NCBI GenBank assembly: GCA_963746755.1
Contig: CAVVCM010000005.1
Location: forward strand, 28,407-92,406
Direction: 5' to 3'
Origin: an uncultured Actinomycetota bacterium
GTDB lineage: Bacteria; Actinomycetota; Actinomycetes; Mycobacteriales; Mycobacteriaceae
Length of the DNA: 64,000 nt
Shown here: one piece after another, positions 29,094 through 40,715 of the stretch
Numbering within the stretch: position 1 is the stretch's first letter
Layout: each line of letters begins with the position of its first letter
Position numbers and translations under genes: made by a program
The notes under the pieces: generated by a model
The model's database searches: none
Seen by the model: the letters and a program-made list of their open reading frames with translations, nothing else
Told to the model about the DNA's origin: nothing

Positions 29094-29612
29094 CTACTCG
29101 CCGGTAACTTTACCCTGAAGCTGCTGCAGCGCCTCATCCCTGGCCCGCACGCTCTCTGCCAACTGGGCCTGGAAATCGACGACCCGGGCCCGCAGCGCCG
29201 GGTCGGATGACCCGAGAATGCGCACGGCCAGCAAGCCGGCGTTGCGCGCGCCGCCGATAGACACCGTGGCCACCGGAACACCTGCCGGCATCTGCACGAT
29301 CGACAGCAGGGAGTCCAGGCCGTCCAGTCGCGCCAGCGGCACCGGCACCCCGATCACCGGCAGCGGCGTCGCGGAGGCGACCATCCCGGGTAGGTGGGCG
29401 GCGCCGCCGGCACCCGCGATGATCACCTCGATGCCGCGGTCGGCCGCGCCGCGCGCGTAGTCGAACATCACGGCCGGAGTGCGGTGCGCCGAGACCACCC
29501 GAACCTCGGTCGGTATGTCGAACTCGGCCAGCGCCGCCGCCGCATCGGCCATCACCGACCAGTCGCTGTCGCTGCCCATGATCACTGCGACCCGGGGCTG
29601 TTGCTGGGTCAT
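29094..29612 (-). CDS. purE: N5-carboxyaminoimidazole ribonucleotide mutase
   Basis: 172 aa, [18 protein letters not shown]...SAHRTP...GGAAHLPGM. The start overlaps the purK stop. Confidence 0.93.
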   Translation of the reverse strand: MTQQQPRVAVIMGSDSDWSVMADAAAALAEFDIPTEVRVVSAHRTPAVMFDYARGAADRGIEVIIAGAGGAAHLPGMVASATPLPVIGVPVPLARLDGLDSLLSIVQMPAGVPVATVSIGGARNAGLLAVRILGSSDPALRARVVDFQAQLAESVRARDEALQQLQGKVTGE

Positions 29613-30907
29613 CTCCGCCGCTCCTCCCCATCGCTTCGTCCCCCGCAAGCGGGCGGTGCCCCCACCGCATCGTCGCCGGCGCGATGTGGGTCCCATCCGT
29701 CCGTCCACTGCCCGTGTGCCAACCAGTGTGCCGCCAGCGCGGCGCGTTCCCGCAGCAGCGTGAGGTCGGTCACATCGGTACCGGGAAAGTTGATGTGGCC
29801 GACCTTGCGGCCGGGCTTTTCCCCTTTGCCGTAGAGATGCACCCGGGCGTCGGGCATCCGCGCAAACAGATGGTGTAGCCGCTCGTCGACGGTCATCGCC
29901 GGCGGCTGCGCGGCGCCCAGGACGTTGGCCATCACCGTCACCGGTGCGGTGGTGCCGGTGTCGCCGAGCGGGTAGTCCAGTACCGCGCGCAGATGCTGTT
30001 CGAACTGGCTGGTGCGAGCCCCGTCCATCGTCCAGTGCCCGGAGTTGTGCGGCCGCATCGCGAGCTCGTTGACGAGCAGCACACCGTCGGTGGTCTCGAA
30101 CAGCTCGACCGCGAACACGCCGACGACACCGAGTTCGGCGGCCAATCGCAACGCCAGCTGCTGGGCGGCGGCGGCCAGCTCCTCGGGCAGCCCCGGCGCG
30201 GGCGCGATCACCTGCACGCAGATCCCGTCCTGTTGCACCGTCTGGACGACCGGCCACGCCGCGCCCTGGCCGAACGGTGAACGCGCCACCAGCGCCGACA
30301 GTTCGCGGCGCAGTTGTACCCGCTCCTCGACCAACACCGGCACCCCTTCGGCCAGGCATTTGCCGGTGATCTCGCGGGCGTCCGCGAGATCGCGGGTCAT
30401 CCACACCCCCCGGCCGTCATAACCCCCACGGACGGCTTTGAGCACGAGCGGGGCGTCTTTCGACATCTCCAGGCCGCGCGCGAACGCGTCCAGCTCGTCG
30501 ATCTTCCCGACGGTCGCGTAACGGGGAATCGGGGCGCCGAGCGCCTCCAGCCGCCGCCGCATGACCAGCTTGTCCTGAGCGTGCATCAGGGCCTGCGGCG
30601 GCGGGGCGACGTTGACGCCTTCGGCAACCAGCTTGTCCAGCAGCTCGGTCGGGACGTGCTCGTGGTCGAACGTCAGCACGTCGGCTCCGGCGGCAAGCCG
30701 GCGCAGATCTTCCAGATCGGTATGCGAGCCGATCACCACGTCGGGAGTGACCTGAGCGGCCGGTTCATCGGCGGCGGTGGCCAGCACCCGCAGGGTCTGG
30801 CCCAGCGCGATCGCGGCCTGGTGGGTCATCCGGGCAAGTTGACCGCCACCGACCATGGCGACTCGGGGCGCGGCCCCGGGCTGGCGTGTACTCGGCACGG
30901 CCATCAT
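29609..30907 (-). CDS. purK: N5-carboxyaminoimidazole ribonucleotide synthase
   Basis: Start at [27 protein letters not shown] (ATG 30907), ATP-grasp core. The C-terminus [32 protein letters not shown] matches the M. tuberculosis PurK tail. Confidence 0.9.
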   Translation of the reverse strand: MMAVPSTRQPGAAPRVAMVGGGQLARMTHQAAIALGQTLRVLATAADEPAAQVTPDVVIGSHTDLEDLRRLAAGADVLTFDHEHVPTELLDKLVAEGVNVAPPPQALMHAQDKLVMRRRLEALGAPIPRYATVGKIDELDAFARGLEMSKDAPLVLKAVRGGYDGRGVWMTRDLADAREITGKCLAEGVPVLVEERVQLRRELSALVARSPFGQGAAWPVVQTVQQDGICVQVIAPAPGLPEELAAAAQQLALRLAAELGVVGVFAVELFETTDGVLLVNELAMRPHNSGHWTMDGARTSQFEQHLRAVLDYPLGDTGTTAPVTVMANVLGAAQPPAMTVDERLHHLFARMPDARVHLYGKGEKPGRKVGHINFPGTDVTDLTLLRERAALAAHWLAHGQWTDGWDPHRAGDDAVGAPPACGGRSDGEERRR

Positions 30908-31004
30908 GGTGTCATGGCCGCCGAGGCGTGTTGACCGGCAGTGACACCGAATCGTTATATACAATTTTGCGTCGCTTTTGTGTCCATCCGTACACTGGCG
31001 ACTT

Positions 31005-31661
31005 GTGTCCTTTGCCGAAGCCACAATCGGGCGTCTGCCAGCGGTGTTTCAGCCCTATTTGCTGCGCCACCACGAGCTGATCAAATTCGCCATTGTCGGC
31101 GGCACCACGTTCATTATCGACTCGGCGATTTTCTACACGCTGAAGCTGACAGTACTCGAGTCCAAGCCGGTGACCGCGAAGGTCATCGCCGGCATCGTCG
31201 CGGTCATCGCGTCCTACGTGTTGAACCGCGAGTGGAGCTTCCGCGACCGCGGCGGCCGCGAGCGCCACCACGAGGCGCTGCTGTTCTTCGCATTCAGCGG
31301 CGTGGGGGTGCTGCTGAGCATGGCCCCGCTGTGGTTCTCCAGCTACGTCCTGCAGCTGCGAGTGCCGATGGTGTCACTGACCGTGGAAAACCTCGCCGAC
31401 TTCATCTCGGCGTACATCATCGGGAACCTGCTGCAGATGGCCTTCCGCTTCTGGGCGTTCCGGCGCTGGGTGTTCCCCGACCAGTTCGCGCGCAACCCCG
31501 ACAAGGCGCTGGAATCGGCCCTCACCGCGGGCGGGATCGCCGAAGTCTTCGAGGACACCCTCGAGGGCGGCAACGTCACCCTGCTGCGCGCCTGGCGCAA
31601 CCGGGCCAGCCGGGCTCAACTGGGCGACTCCTCCGAACCGAGGGTGTCGAAAACTTCGTGA
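31005..31661 (+). CDS. GtrA-family membrane protein (Rv3277-like)
   Basis: LIKFAIVGGTTFIIDSAIFYTL and later FRFWAFRRWVF are GtrA-like signatures. I chose GTG 31005; the track start is 30978. Confidence 0.75.
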   Translation: MSFAEATIGRLPAVFQPYLLRHHELIKFAIVGGTTFIIDSAIFYTLKLTVLESKPVTAKVIAGIVAVIASYVLNREWSFRDRGGRERHHEALLFFAFSGVGVLLSMAPLWFSSYVLQLRVPMVSLTVENLADFISAYIIGNLLQMAFRFWAFRRWVFPDQFARNPDKALESALTAGGIAEVFEDTLEGGNVTLLRAWRNRASRAQLGDSSEPRVSKTS

Positions 31662-32170
31662 TACAGCAGCGCGTGCACCTCACGCAGGCGCGGAACGTTG
31701 CAGAACTCCAACGGGTCTTGTGACGCCGACTCGATAATCAGCGTCCCGGTGCGAAACATTCGCTCGAAAAGCCGGTCCCGGAATTCGACGCTGTTGATCC
31801 GCGCCAGCGGGATGTCGATCCCGGTGCGCGTGAGTACCCCGTGCCGAAACATCACCCGCCGGTTGGTCACGACGAAATGTGTGGTCAGCCAGCTCAGGAA
31901 TGGCCACAGTGTCAGCCAGCCGACGATCACCAACCAGATCCCCCAGATGACGCCGTGGATGATGTTCTTGGCCAGCTGCTCCCAATGCGTCGAGTTGAGG
32001 TACCCGGACCCGAACGCCGCCAGTGCGGTCGTCAGGAGGAGAACCACGACGGGCCAGATCAAGCGCTTCCAGTGCGGGTGGCGGTGCACGATAACGTGCT
32101 CGCCGGCGGCCAGGACATTATCCGGATAGCTCACGCTGGCCGACATTAGCTGTGATAAGCCGCGAGCCAC
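31616..32170 (-). CDS. Membrane protein with bacterial PH (YdbS/T-like) domain (Rv3278c-like)
   Basis: Two TM helices followed by FVVTNRRVMFRHGVLTRTGIDIPLARINSVEF. The 3' end overlaps the GtrA-like gene by 46 bp (convergent). Confidence 0.75.
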   Translation of the reverse strand: MARGLSQLMSASVSYPDNVLAAGEHVIVHRHPHWKRLIWPVVVLLLTTALAAFGSGYLNSTHWEQLAKNIIHGVIWGIWLVIVGWLTLWPFLSWLTTHFVVTNRRVMFRHGVLTRTGIDIPLARINSVEFRDRLFERMFRTGTLIIESASQDPLEFCNVPRLREVHALLYHEVFDTLGSEESPS

Positions 32171-32176
32171 GCATAT

Positions 32177-33001
32177 CTAGCGCAAATGCACGACGTCACC
32201 GGCCGCGACCACGGCGGTTTGTCCGGCGGTTGCCCCTTCCGTTTCTAGGCACAACCTGCCCTGGTCGTCGATGCCGCTTGCGGTGCCGACGAGTTCCTTG
32301 CCGCCGGGCAGGTGAACGCGCACGGGGGTGCCGATGGTCAGGCTGCGGGCCCGGTAGTCGGCCGCCAGCCCCCAGTCGGCTCCGCGCGCGGCCCGCCAGG
32401 CCACGATCCGCCTTCCCAGTTCTCGCAACAGCGTGCAGACCAGCCGACCACGGTCGGGCGCCGCCACGCCGAGGTCGAGCAACGAGGTTGCCCCGGGACC
32501 GTCGATCTCCTCGGGGGCCGCAGTCACGTTGAGCCCCAGGCCGATTACCACCACCGGCCGCGCAACCTCGGCGAGGATGCCCGCCAGTTTGCGGCCGCCG
32601 GCCAACACGTCGTTGGGCCATTTGAGGCCCACCTGAACCCCGGTCGCTTCCAGCAGGGGGGCCACCGTGTCGACCACTGCCACCCCGGTGGCCAGGGGCA
32701 GCCAGCCCCACCCGGCGGTCGGGACGTCGACGACACTGACACCGACCGACATCGTGATCTGGGCTCGCGGGGTGGCCGACCAGCCGCGGCCGTGCCGTCC
32801 GCGACCGGCGGTCTGGTGCTCGGCAATCAGTACCGCCCCGGCAACGTCGTCCCCCGATGCCGCTCGCCCCAGCAGGTCGGCGTTGGTGGAACCGGTTTGC
32901 TCGACGACGTCGAGTCGACGCCAGCCCAGTCCGGTGCCGATCAGCTCGGCACGCAGCGCGGCCGCATCCAGCGGTGGCCTGAGCAGATCGCGGTCCGTCA
33001 C
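32177..33001 (-). CDS. birA: Biotin--[acetyl-CoA-carboxylase] ligase (group I, no DNA-binding domain)
   Basis: GTG 33001 (VTDRDLLRPPLDAAALR), HQTAGRGRHGRGW biotin-binding loop, KWPNDV. Collinear with M. tuberculosis BirA. Confidence 0.9.
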   Translation of the reverse strand: MTDRDLLRPPLDAAALRAELIGTGLGWRRLDVVEQTGSTNADLLGRAASGDDVAGAVLIAEHQTAGRGRHGRGWSATPRAQITMSVGVSVVDVPTAGWGWLPLATGVAVVDTVAPLLEATGVQVGLKWPNDVLAGGRKLAGILAEVARPVVVIGLGLNVTAAPEEIDGPGATSLLDLGVAAPDRGRLVCTLLRELGRRIVAWRAARGADWGLAADYRARSLTIGTPVRVHLPGGKELVGTASGIDDQGRLCLETEGATAGQTAVVAAGDVVHLR

Positions 33002-33051
33002 CCGGCCCAGCCTAAACACCGGCGCAGCGGCTGCCGATAACATCGACTGCC

Positions 33052-34692
33052 ATGACCAGCGTTACCGACCACACCGCCGAGCCGGCCGCCGAACACACCA
33101 TCGACATCCACACCACCGCGGGCAAGCTGGCCGAGCTGCACAAGCGGAGAGAAGAGTCGCTGCATCCGGTCGGTGAGGCCGCCGTCGAGAAGGTGCACGC
33201 CAAGGGCAAGTTGACCGCCCGCGAACGCATCTATGCCCTGCTGGACGAGGACTCCTTCGTCGAACTCGACGCGCTGGCCAGGCACCGCAGCGCCAACTTC
33301 GGCCTCGAGAAAAACCGCCCATTGGGCGACGGCGTGGTCACCGGCTACGGCACCATCGACGGCCGCGACGTGTGCATCTTCAGCCAGGACGCCACGGTGT
33401 TCGGCGGCAGCCTCGGCGAGGTGTACGGCGAGAAGATCGTCAAGGTCCAGGAACTGGCGATCAAGACCGGCCGTCCGCTCATCGGCATCAACGACGGCGC
33501 CGGGGCGCGCATCCAGGAAGGCGTCGTCTCCCTTGGCCTGTACAGCCGCATCTTCCGCAACAACATCCTGGCGTCCGGCGTCATCCCGCAAATCTCGCTG
33601 ATCATGGGTGCCGCCGCCGGTGGACACGTCTACTCCCCCGCGTTGACCGACTTCGTGGTGATGGTCGACCAGACCAGCCAGATGTTCATCACCGGACCCG
33701 ACGTCATCAAGACCGTCACCGGCGAGGACGTCACCATGGAGGAGCTCGGCGGCGCCCACACCCACATGGCCAAGTCCGGCACCGCGCACTACGTCGCAAC
33801 GGGCGAACAGGACGCCTTCGACTGGGTGCGCGAGCTGCTGAGCTACCTGCCGCCCAACAACTTCACCGATCCGCCGCGGTATGCCGATGCGGCACCGGAA
33901 GGGCCCATCGAGGACAACCTCACCGCCGAGGACATCGAGTTGGACACGCTGATCCCGGACTCGCCCAACCAGCCGTACGACATGCACGAGGTGATCACCC
34001 GCATCCTCGACGAGGATGAGTTCCTCGAGATCCAGAACGGTTATGCCCAGAACATCGTCGTCGGATTCGGTCGTATCGAGGGCCGGCCGGTCGGGATCGT
34101 GGCCAACCAGCCGACGCACTTCGCCGGCTGCCTGGACATCGACGCCTCGGAGAAGGCGGCCCGCTTCGTGCGCACCTGCGACTGCTTCAACATCCCGATC
34201 GTCATGCTGGTGGACGTTCCGGGATTCCTGCCGGGCACCGGCCAGGAATACAACGGCATCATCCGGCGCGGCGCCAAGCTGCTGTTTGCCTACGGCGAGG
34301 CGACCGTCCCCAAGATCACCGTCATCACCCGCAAGGCCTACGGCGGCGCGTACTGCGTGATGGGCTCCAAAGACATGGGCTGCGACGTCAACATCGCTTG
34401 GCCGACCGCGCAGATCGCGGTGATGGGCGCCTCCGGCGCCGTCGGCTTCGTCTACCGCCAGAAGCTGAAGGAAGCGGCCGAGGACGGCCAGGATGTTGAT
34501 GCGCTTCGCTTACAGCTGCAGCAGGAGTACGAGGACACCCTGGTCAACCCCTACGTGGCCGCCGAGCGGGGATACGTCGACGCGGTGATCCCGCCATCGC
34601 ACACTCGCGGCTACATCGGCACGGCGCTGCGCCTGCTGGAACGCAAGATCTCGCATTTGCCCCCCAAGAAGCACGGGAACATACCCCTGTGA
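33052..34692 (+). CDS. accD5: Propionyl/acetyl-CoA carboxylase carboxyltransferase beta subunit
   Basis: 546 aa with carboxyltransferase motifs ([24 protein letters not shown]). Divergent from birA and followed by accE5. Confidence 0.93.
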   Translation: MTSVTDHTAEPAAEHTIDIHTTAGKLAELHKRREESLHPVGEAAVEKVHAKGKLTARERIYALLDEDSFVELDALARHRSANFGLEKNRPLGDGVVTGYGTIDGRDVCIFSQDATVFGGSLGEVYGEKIVKVQELAIKTGRPLIGINDGAGARIQEGVVSLGLYSRIFRNNILASGVIPQISLIMGAAAGGHVYSPALTDFVVMVDQTSQMFITGPDVIKTVTGEDVTMEELGGAHTHMAKSGTAHYVATGEQDAFDWVRELLSYLPPNNFTDPPRYADAAPEGPIEDNLTAEDIELDTLIPDSPNQPYDMHEVITRILDEDEFLEIQNGYAQNIVVGFGRIEGRPVGIVANQPTHFAGCLDIDASEKAARFVRTCDCFNIPIVMLVDVPGFLPGTGQEYNGIIRRGAKLLFAYGEATVPKITVITRKAYGGAYCVMGSKDMGCDVNIAWPTAQIAVMGASGAVGFVYRQKLKEAAEDGQDVDALRLQLQQEYEDTLVNPYVAAERGYVDAVIPPSHTRGYIGTALRLLERKISHLPPKKHGNIPL

Positions 34693-34976
34693 GTCGAACG
34701 AGCGGAGCGAGCGACGGGAGTGAGACGAACAATCCAGCTATGACCGACGAGAACAACTCGCAGCAACCACACGAGCCGCACATCCAGATACTCAAGGGGC
34801 AACCCACCACCGAGGAGCTGGCCGCGCTGATCGCCGTGCTGGGCAGCGCCGGCGGTGCGCCCCAACCGGCACAACCCGAGCGCACCCGCTGGGGGCTTCC
34901 GGTCGACCGGCTGCGTTTTGCGATGTCCAATTACCAGCGGCTCACCATGCAGCAAATGACCCACATGAAGCAGTGA
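34689..34976 (+). CDS. accE5: Acyl-CoA carboxylase epsilon subunit
   Basis: GTG overlaps the accD5 TGA. The C-terminal half [26 protein letters not shown]...[11 protein letters not shown] matches AccE5. Confidence 0.85.
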   Translation: MSRTSGASDGSETNNPAMTDENNSQQPHEPHIQILKGQPTTEELAALIAVLGSAGGAPQPAQPERTRWGLPVDRLRFAMSNYQRLTMQQMTHMKQ

Positions 34977-35614
34977 CCCGACTGGTGCTGGGGTCGGCCT
35001 CTGCGGGCCGGCTCAAGGTGCTGCGCCAAGCCGGTGTCGATCCGCTGGTCAGGGTGTCCGGCGTCGACGAAGATGCGGTCGTCGCAGGGCTGGGGCCGCA
35101 TGTGCCGCCCGATGAGGTGGTCTGCGCGCTCGCCCGGGCCAAAGCCGAGCAGGTGACTGGCGAGCTGAATAGCACCATCGGCGCCGATTGCGTTGTCATT
35201 GGCTGTGATTCGATGTTTTACCTGGACGGCCGGCTCTGCGGCAAGCCGCAATCGGTCGCCGATGCACGCCAACTCTGGCAGTCCATGGCGGGGCGCGCCG
35301 GCCAACTCCACACCGGCCACTGCGTTATCCGGTTGCAGGACAACAGAATTGTCTTTGACGATGCGGAAATATCAATCACCACAGTGCGTTTCGGAACACC
35401 ATCACCCGATGACATCGAGGCGTACCTGGCGTCCGGGGAATCGTTGCGGGTCGCCGGCGGATTCACCCTCGACGGCCTCGGCGGGTGGTTTATCGACGGC
35501 GTCGACGGCGACCCGTCGGCCGTGGTGGGGATCGGGCTGCCGCTGACACGGTCGCTGCTGGGCCGTGCCGGCCTGTCCATCGCCGCACTGTGGGCGGACA
35601 ATCCGCTCACCTAG
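34973..35614 (+). CDS. maf: Maf-like nucleoside triphosphate pyrophosphatase
   Basis: [19 protein letters not shown]...VIGCDS...[12 protein letters not shown] overlap with accE5. Confidence 0.88.
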   Translation: MTRLVLGSASAGRLKVLRQAGVDPLVRVSGVDEDAVVAGLGPHVPPDEVVCALARAKAEQVTGELNSTIGADCVVIGCDSMFYLDGRLCGKPQSVADARQLWQSMAGRAGQLHTGHCVIRLQDNRIVFDDAEISITTVRFGTPSPDDIEAYLASGESLRVAGGFTLDGLGGWFIDGVDGDPSAVVGIGLPLTRSLLGRAGLSIAALWADNPLT

Positions 35615-35649
35615 ATCCCGAACGTATCGGGGTGGGTAGGCTTTGCGGT

Positions 35650-36540
35650 GTGTCGCTACCCCCCGATCCAAGCCCCTCTCTCGCGGCCTATGCCCACCCC
35701 GAACGGCTGGTCACCGCGGACTGGCTGTCGGCCCATCTGGGCGCTTCCGGCCTGGTGATCGTCGAATCCGACGAGGACGTCTTGCTCTACGACGTCGGTC
35801 ATATTCCCGGCGCGGTCAAGATCGACTGGCACACCGACCTCAACGACCCCAGGGTCCGCGACTACATCAACTCCGAGCAGTTCGCCGATTTGATGAACCG
35901 CAAGGGCATCTCCCGCGACGACACCGTGGTGATCTACGGCGACAAGAGCAACTGGTGGGCGGCCTATGCGCTGTGGGTCTTCACGTTGTTCGGCCACCCC
36001 GATGTGCGCCTGCTCAACGGTGGGCGTGACCTATGGCTGGCCGAACGCCGGGAGACCACCCTGGAAGTCCCCACCAAGACGTCGACCGGCTATCCCGTTG
36101 TGGCGCGCAACGACGAACCCATCCGTGCGTTCAAAGACGACGTGCTGGCCAATCTCGGTAGCCAGCCGCTGATCGACGTGCGTTCGCCGGACGAGTACAC
36201 CGGCAAGCGCACACACATGCCCGATTACCCCGAGGAAGGCGTGCTGCGCGGCGGCCACATCCCCACCGCCCGGTCGATTCCGTGGAGCATGGCGGTCGAC
36301 GAGAGCGGGCGGTTCCGCAGCCGCGAGGAGCTCGAAGAGCTCTATGGCTTCCTCGACCCCGACGACAAGACCATCGTCTATTGCCGCATCGGCGAGCGGT
36401 CCAGCCACACCTGGTTCGTGCTCACGCATTTGCTGGGCAAGCCCGGAGTGCGCAATTACGACGGGTCCTGGACCGAGTGGGGCAACACCGTACGCGTGCC
36501 GATCGTTGCGGGCGAGAGCCCGGGAGCTGTGCCTGTCTGA
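35650..36540 (+). CDS. sseA: Thiosulfate sulfurtransferase (tandem rhodanese)
   Basis: GTG 35650 ([26 protein letters not shown]). Active-site loop CRIGERSSH. Collinear with M. tuberculosis SseA. Confidence 0.9.
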   Translation: MSLPPDPSPSLAAYAHPERLVTADWLSAHLGASGLVIVESDEDVLLYDVGHIPGAVKIDWHTDLNDPRVRDYINSEQFADLMNRKGISRDDTVVIYGDKSNWWAAYALWVFTLFGHPDVRLLNGGRDLWLAERRETTLEVPTKTSTGYPVVARNDEPIRAFKDDVLANLGSQPLIDVRSPDEYTGKRTHMPDYPEEGVLRGGHIPTARSIPWSMAVDESGRFRSREELEELYGFLDPDDKTIVYCRIGERSSHTWFVLTHLLGKPGVRNYDGSWTEWGNTVRVPIVAGESPGAVPV

Positions 36541-36968
36541 TGACTCTGCCCGCTCCGCTGGCCGAGGTGGTGTCCGACTTCGCCGAAGTTTCAGGCCAAG
36601 ACAAGCTGAAGCTGCTGCTGGAATTCGCCGACGAGCTGCCCGCGCTCCCTCCGGAGTTGGAAGAGCAGGCCATGGAGCCGGTGCCCGAGTGCCAGACCCC
36701 GCTGTTTCTGGCCGTCGACGCCAGCGACCCAAACCGGGTGCGGCTGCACTTCAGCGCGCCCGCCGAAGCGCCGACCACCCGCGGGTTCGCGTCGATCCTG
36801 GCCGCCGGCCTTGACGAACAACCCGCCGCCGACATCCTGGCGGTGCCCGAAGATTTCTACACCGATCTGGGCCTGGCCGCTCTGATCAGCCCGCTGCGGT
36901 TACGCGGCATGTCGGCGATGCTCGCCCGCATCAAGCGGCGCTTGCGCGAGGCCTCCCCAAAAGCCTGA
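36540..36968 (+). CDS. SufE-like sulfur acceptor protein (Rv3284-like)
   Basis: The ATG overlaps the sse[14 protein letters not shown] carries the conserved Cys. 142 aa. Confidence 0.8.
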   Translation: MTLPAPLAEVVSDFAEVSGQDKLKLLLEFADELPALPPELEEQAMEPVPECQTPLFLAVDASDPNRVRLHFSAPAEAPTTRGFASILAAGLDEQPAADILAVPEDFYTDLGLAALISPLRLRGMSAMLARIKRRLREASPKA

Positions 36969-37091
36969 AATCGGCACCGCCTCACCGGCCTAACGGCACG
37001 GCGCTTAGACTTCCCCCGATGTCGGTGTAAGAAATTCTCTTAGAGAAACCCCGCAGAAGACGTCTACAGATATGTCAAACAGGGAGGCGCA

Positions 37092-38885
37092 GTGGCTAGT
37101 CACGCCAGCTCAAGGATCTCCAAGGTGCTCGTCGCCAACCGCGGCGAGATCGCTGTCCGGGTGATCCGGGCGGCCCGTGACGCGGGCCTGCCCAGCGTGG
37201 CGGTGTACGCCGAGCCTGACGCCGAGGCGCCACACGTGCGTCTGGCCGACGAGGCGTTCGCTCTGGGCGGTCAAACATCGGCAGAGTCCTACCTGGACTT
37301 CGGCAAGATCCTCGACGCGGCGGCCAAATCGGGCGCCAACGCCATCCACCCCGGCTACGGCTTCTTGTCGGAGAACGCCGACTTCGCCCAAGCGGTCATC
37401 GACGCCGGCCTGATCTGGATCGGCCCCAGCCCACAGTCAATCCGCGACCTCGGTGACAAGGTCACCGCCCGCCACATCGCCGCCCGTGCCCAGGCTCCCC
37501 TGGTGCCGGGCACCCCCGACCCGGTCAAGGACGCCGACGAGGTAGTGAGGTTCGCCCGGGAGTACGGTCTGCCGGTCGCGATCAAGGCGGCGTTCGGCGG
37601 TGGCGGCAAGGGCATGAAGGTGGCCCGCACCATGGAAGAAATTCCCGAGCTGTACGAGTCGGCCGTCCGTGAGGCAACGGCCGCGTTCGGCCGCGGCGAG
37701 TGTTTCGTGGAGCGCTACCTCGACAAGCCGCGCCACGTCGAGGCACAGGTGATCGCCGACCAGCACGGCAACGTCGTCGTCGCGGGTACCCGCGACTGCT
37801 CGCTGCAGCGCCGTTATCAGAAGCTGGTCGAGGAGGCGCCCGCCCCGTTCCTGACCGACTTCCAGCGCAAGGAGATCCACGACTCGGCGAAGCGGATCTG
37901 CAAAGAGGCCCACTACTACGGCGCCGGAACGGTGGAATACCTGGTCGGCCAGGACGGCCTGATCTCCTTCCTGGAGGTCAACACCCGCCTTCAGGTCGAA
38001 CACCCGGTCACCGAGGAAACCGCGGGCATCGACTTGGTGTTGCAGCAGTTCAAGATCGCCAACGGCGAAAAGCTCGACATCACCGAGGACCCCACGCCCC
38101 GCGGGCACGCCATCGAGTTCCGGATCAACGGCGAGGACGCCGGGCGCAACTTCCTGCCCGCCCCTGGGCCGGTGACCAAATTCCACCCGCCGACCGGTCC
38201 GGGAGTGCGGTTGGACTCCGGTGTGGAGACCGGCTCGGTGATCGGCGGCCAGTTCGACTCGATGCTGGCCAAGTTGATCGTGTACGGCGCCAACCGTCAG
38301 GAGGCGCTGGCGCGCGCCCGGCGTGCGCTGAACGAGTTCGAGGTCGAAGGCCTTGCCACGGTCATTCCCTTCCACCGCGCCGTGGTATCGGATCCGGCGT
38401 TCATCGGCGACGACAATGGCTTCTCGGTACACACCCGTTGGATCGAGACCGAGTGGAACAACACCGTTGAGCCGTTCACCGGCTCCGAGCCCAGTGAGGA
38501 GGAGGACGCCCGGCCACGTCAGAAGGTGGTCGTGGAGGTCGGCGGCCGTCGTCTCGAGGTCTCCCTGCCCGGCGACCTCGCGCTATCCGGCGGCGGTTGC
38601 GACCCGGCGGGTGTCGTCCGGAAGAAGCCCAAGCCGCGCAAGCGCGGGTCGCATGCGGGCGCCGCTGCCTCCGGCGACGCGGTCACCGCGCCCATGCAGG
38701 GCACGGTGGTGAAAGTCGCCGTCGAGGAAGGACAGGAGGTCGCCGTCGGGGACCTGGTGGTGGTCCTCGAGGCGATGAAGATGGAGAATCCGGTCACCGC
38801 GCACAAGGACGGCACCATTACCGGACTTGCGGTCGAGGCCGGCGCCGCCATTACGCAGGGCACGTTGCTCGCCGAAATCAAGTGA
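37092..38885 (+). CDS. accA3: Acyl-CoA carboxylase alpha subunit (biotin carboxylase + BCCP)
   Basis: GTG 37092 after an AGGGAGG RBS. ATP-grasp biotin carboxylase domain and C-terminal biotinylation motif EAMKMEN. Near-identical by eye to M. tuberculosis AccA3. Confidence 0.95.
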   Translation: MASHASSRISKVLVANRGEIAVRVIRAARDAGLPSVAVYAEPDAEAPHVRLADEAFALGGQTSAESYLDFGKILDAAAKSGANAIHPGYGFLSENADFAQAVIDAGLIWIGPSPQSIRDLGDKVTARHIAARAQAPLVPGTPDPVKDADEVVRFAREYGLPVAIKAAFGGGGKGMKVARTMEEIPELYESAVREATAAFGRGECFVERYLDKPRHVEAQVIADQHGNVVVAGTRDCSLQRRYQKLVEEAPAPFLTDFQRKEIHDSAKRICKEAHYYGAGTVEYLVGQDGLISFLEVNTRLQVEHPVTEETAGIDLVLQQFKIANGEKLDITEDPTPRGHAIEFRINGEDAGRNFLPAPGPVTKFHPPTGPGVRLDSGVETGSVIGGQFDSMLAKLIVYGANRQEALARARRALNEFEVEGLATVIPFHRAVVSDPAFIGDDNGFSVHTRWIETEWNNTVEPFTGSEPSEEEDARPRQKVVVEVGGRRLEVSLPGDLALSGGGCDPAGVVRKKPKPRKRGSHAGAAASGDAVTAPMQGTVVKVAVEEGQEVAVGDLVVVLEAMKMENPVTAHKDGTITGLAVEAGAAITQGTLLAEIK

Positions 38886-38892
38886 ACCCGCG

Positions 38893-38921
38893 GAATGACG
38901 GCCCGCAGGCCGGCATTCTTT
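38893..38921 (+). terminator. Candidate intrinsic terminator after accA3
   Basis: GAATGACGGCC-CGCA-GGCCGGCATTC (10 of 11 bp paired) followed by TTT, starting 8 nt after the accA3 stop. Confidence 0.5.
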
Positions 38922-39164
38922 GAATCAACAGTGAAACCACTGTCGGCCCGGCCCACCTGCGGGTGGGGTTCAGGTCAGGTTGAGTTCACAGCCGTCCGGA
39001 TCACGTCAGGGGCGCCGGGGGGAGGGTGAATTCCCTGTTTCCAGCGTCAGCACCTGCTGAGGTTGCTGCGTGTCTGCGACCCCGACGGCATCTTGCCGGT
39101 GACCTCGCAGAGAAGGGAGCCGCTACTGCAATTGGTCGGGGTCGAAGACGCAGGGCCCCGCCCC

Positions 39165-39953
39165 CTACTCCAGCTGGTCCCGCAGCCGCGCTAGCGACTT
39201 CGCCAGCAGCCGGGACACGTGCATCTGTGAGATGCCGACCCGCTCGGCGATCTGGGTTTGTGTCATCGACTCAAAGAACCGCAGTACCAATACCGTTCGT
39301 TCCCGCTCGGGCAGCGCCTCGAGCAATGGGCGCAGCGCCTCCCGGTCCTCAATCCGGTCAAGGCCGGTGTCCACGTCGCCCAAAGTGTCTGCAATTGCGC
39401 GGGCTTCGTCCTCATCGCTGCCGCCACCACTGTCGATGGACAACGTGTTGTACGAGCTGCCCGCCACCAGGCCCTCGACGACCTCGTCGCGGTCCATGCC
39501 CAGCTCTGACGCGAGTTCGGTTGCCGTGGGCGCCCGGCCGAGCCGTTGCGACAGATCGGCGGTGGCGGCGCCAAGCCGCAAGTGCAGTTCCTTCAGGCGC
39601 CGCGGGACCTTGACCGACCAGCTGTTGTCGCGGAAGTGACGGCGGACCTCTCCCATGATCGTGGGCACCGCGAACGAAACGAAGTCCGACCCCGCCTCGA
39701 CGTCGAAGCGGACCACCGCGTTGACCAGTCCGACCCGTGCCACCTGAACCAGGTCGTCACGCGGTTCCCCACGGCCTTCGAACCGACGGGCGATGTGATC
39801 GGCCAGCGGCAGGCAGCGCTCGACGATCTTGTCCCGTTGGCGCTGAAATTCCATTGAGTCGGCGGCGACGTTGGCCAACTCGCGGAACATCTCCGGAACA
39901 TCGGCGTATTCGTTCGGGCGCGATGCCGAACCGCCGCCAGCTCGCGCTGTCAC
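39165..39953 (-). CDS. sigF: Alternative sigma factor SigF
   Basis: 262 aa. Regions 2 to 4 are recognisable (DLVQVARVGLVNAVVRFD, ERERTVLVLRFFESMTQTQIAERVGISQMHVSRL). The start overlaps the rsbW stop. Confidence 0.93.
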   Translation of the reverse strand: MTARAGGGSASRPNEYADVPEMFRELANVAADSMEFQRQRDKIVERCLPLADHIARRFEGRGEPRDDLVQVARVGLVNAVVRFDVEAGSDFVSFAVPTIMGEVRRHFRDNSWSVKVPRRLKELHLRLGAATADLSQRLGRAPTATELASELGMDRDEVVEGLVAGSSYNTLSIDSGGGSDEDEARAIADTLGDVDTGLDRIEDREALRPLLEALPERERTVLVLRFFESMTQTQIAERVGISQMHVSRLLAKSLARLRDQLE

Positions 39954-40387
39954 CTGCTGGCGGCCGCCCGTCGCGCTGTCAGCGTGATACCGAAGATACT
40001 GCCGGCTTCGTTGGGTTCGCGACCGTCGTGGAAAGTCTGGACGTCGTCGGCCAGTGACGTCAGGACATGCCAGCTGAAGCTGCCGGGCGCCACCACATCA
40101 TGGGTGTCGCATGCCGCGGAAGCCTCCACCACCAATTGGTCGTCTTGCGGATCGACCACGACGACGAGCGTCGCGTCCGGAGTCGCCGAGCGGATCAACC
40201 GGGTGCACACTTCGTCTACCGCGAGCCGCAGGTCCGCCACAGCATCGAAATCCAGGTCCTCGAAGGTGCCGATGGCACCGATCAGCGTGCGCAGCATCGC
40301 GAGGTTCTCCAGACGTGCCGCCACGTGTAGTTCGACGGCGCGGTGGCCGCGTGGACGCTTGATAGCGCGCAATCCCGCATCGTTCAT
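39950..40387 (-). CDS. rsbW: Anti-sigma-F factor (RsbW/UsfX, GHKL kinase-like)
   Basis: ATG 40387 gives 145 aa (MNDAGLRAIKRPRGHRAVELHVAARLENLAMLRTLIGAIG), the size I recall for UsfX. The track ORF extends to 40468. Confidence 0.85.
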   Translation of the reverse strand: MNDAGLRAIKRPRGHRAVELHVAARLENLAMLRTLIGAIGTFEDLDFDAVADLRLAVDEVCTRLIRSATPDATLVVVVDPQDDQLVVEASAACDTHDVVAPGSFSWHVLTSLADDVQTFHDGREPNEAGSIFGITLTARRAAASR

Positions 40388-40494
40388 ATGGTCTCCCGGC
40401 AATGTTTGACTGACACTACTACTGCTTCGCAGCCCGCCGTGGACCGTCCGCTCGAGCCGGTTAGTCATGACCGTCGCCCGGTATCCCGCCCGGT

Positions 40495-40644
40495 ATGGAC
40501 GCGCCTGACACGACCGACACAGTCCGGACGCGCCGGCTTAGGCGCGTCGCGGTAATCGCCGGGATCACGCTGGTCGTATTGATAGTTCTCGCAGTAGGCA
40601 TCTATGTCGGTGTATTCGTGATTCTGTCCCCCATGATGGGGTGA
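40495..40644 (+). CDS. Hypothetical 49-aa single-pass membrane peptide (below the ORF-track cutoff)
   Basis: MDAPDTTDTVRTRRLRRVAVIAGITLVVLIVLAVGIYVGVFVILSPMMG has a basic stretch followed by a 24-residue hydrophobic helix. Third-position GC is only moderate and I saw no clear RBS. Confidence 0.3.
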   Translation: MDAPDTTDTVRTRRLRRVAVIAGITLVVLIVLAVGIYVGVFVILSPMMG

Positions 40645-40689
40645 CCACGCTAACGCAACCCTTCCGGCACTCATCATGGTGCAGACCTG

Positions 40690-40715
40690 ATACCCGCTCA
40701 ACGAGCCCAGTAACC
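40690..40715 (-). promoter_or_regulatory. SigF-like promoter candidate upstream of rsbW-sigF
   Basis: The minus strand reads GGTTA-N15-GGGTAT, one mismatch to GGTTT-N15-17-GGGTAT. It lies about 300 nt upstream of the rsbW start. Confidence 0.35.

Noticed and set aside
29613-30404. 436-aa ORF apparently extending purE upstream
   Set aside because: The upstream part is an out-of-frame read through purK (Arg/Gly/Ala-rich). PurE begins at the conserved [18 protein letters not shown], with its start overlapping the purK stop.
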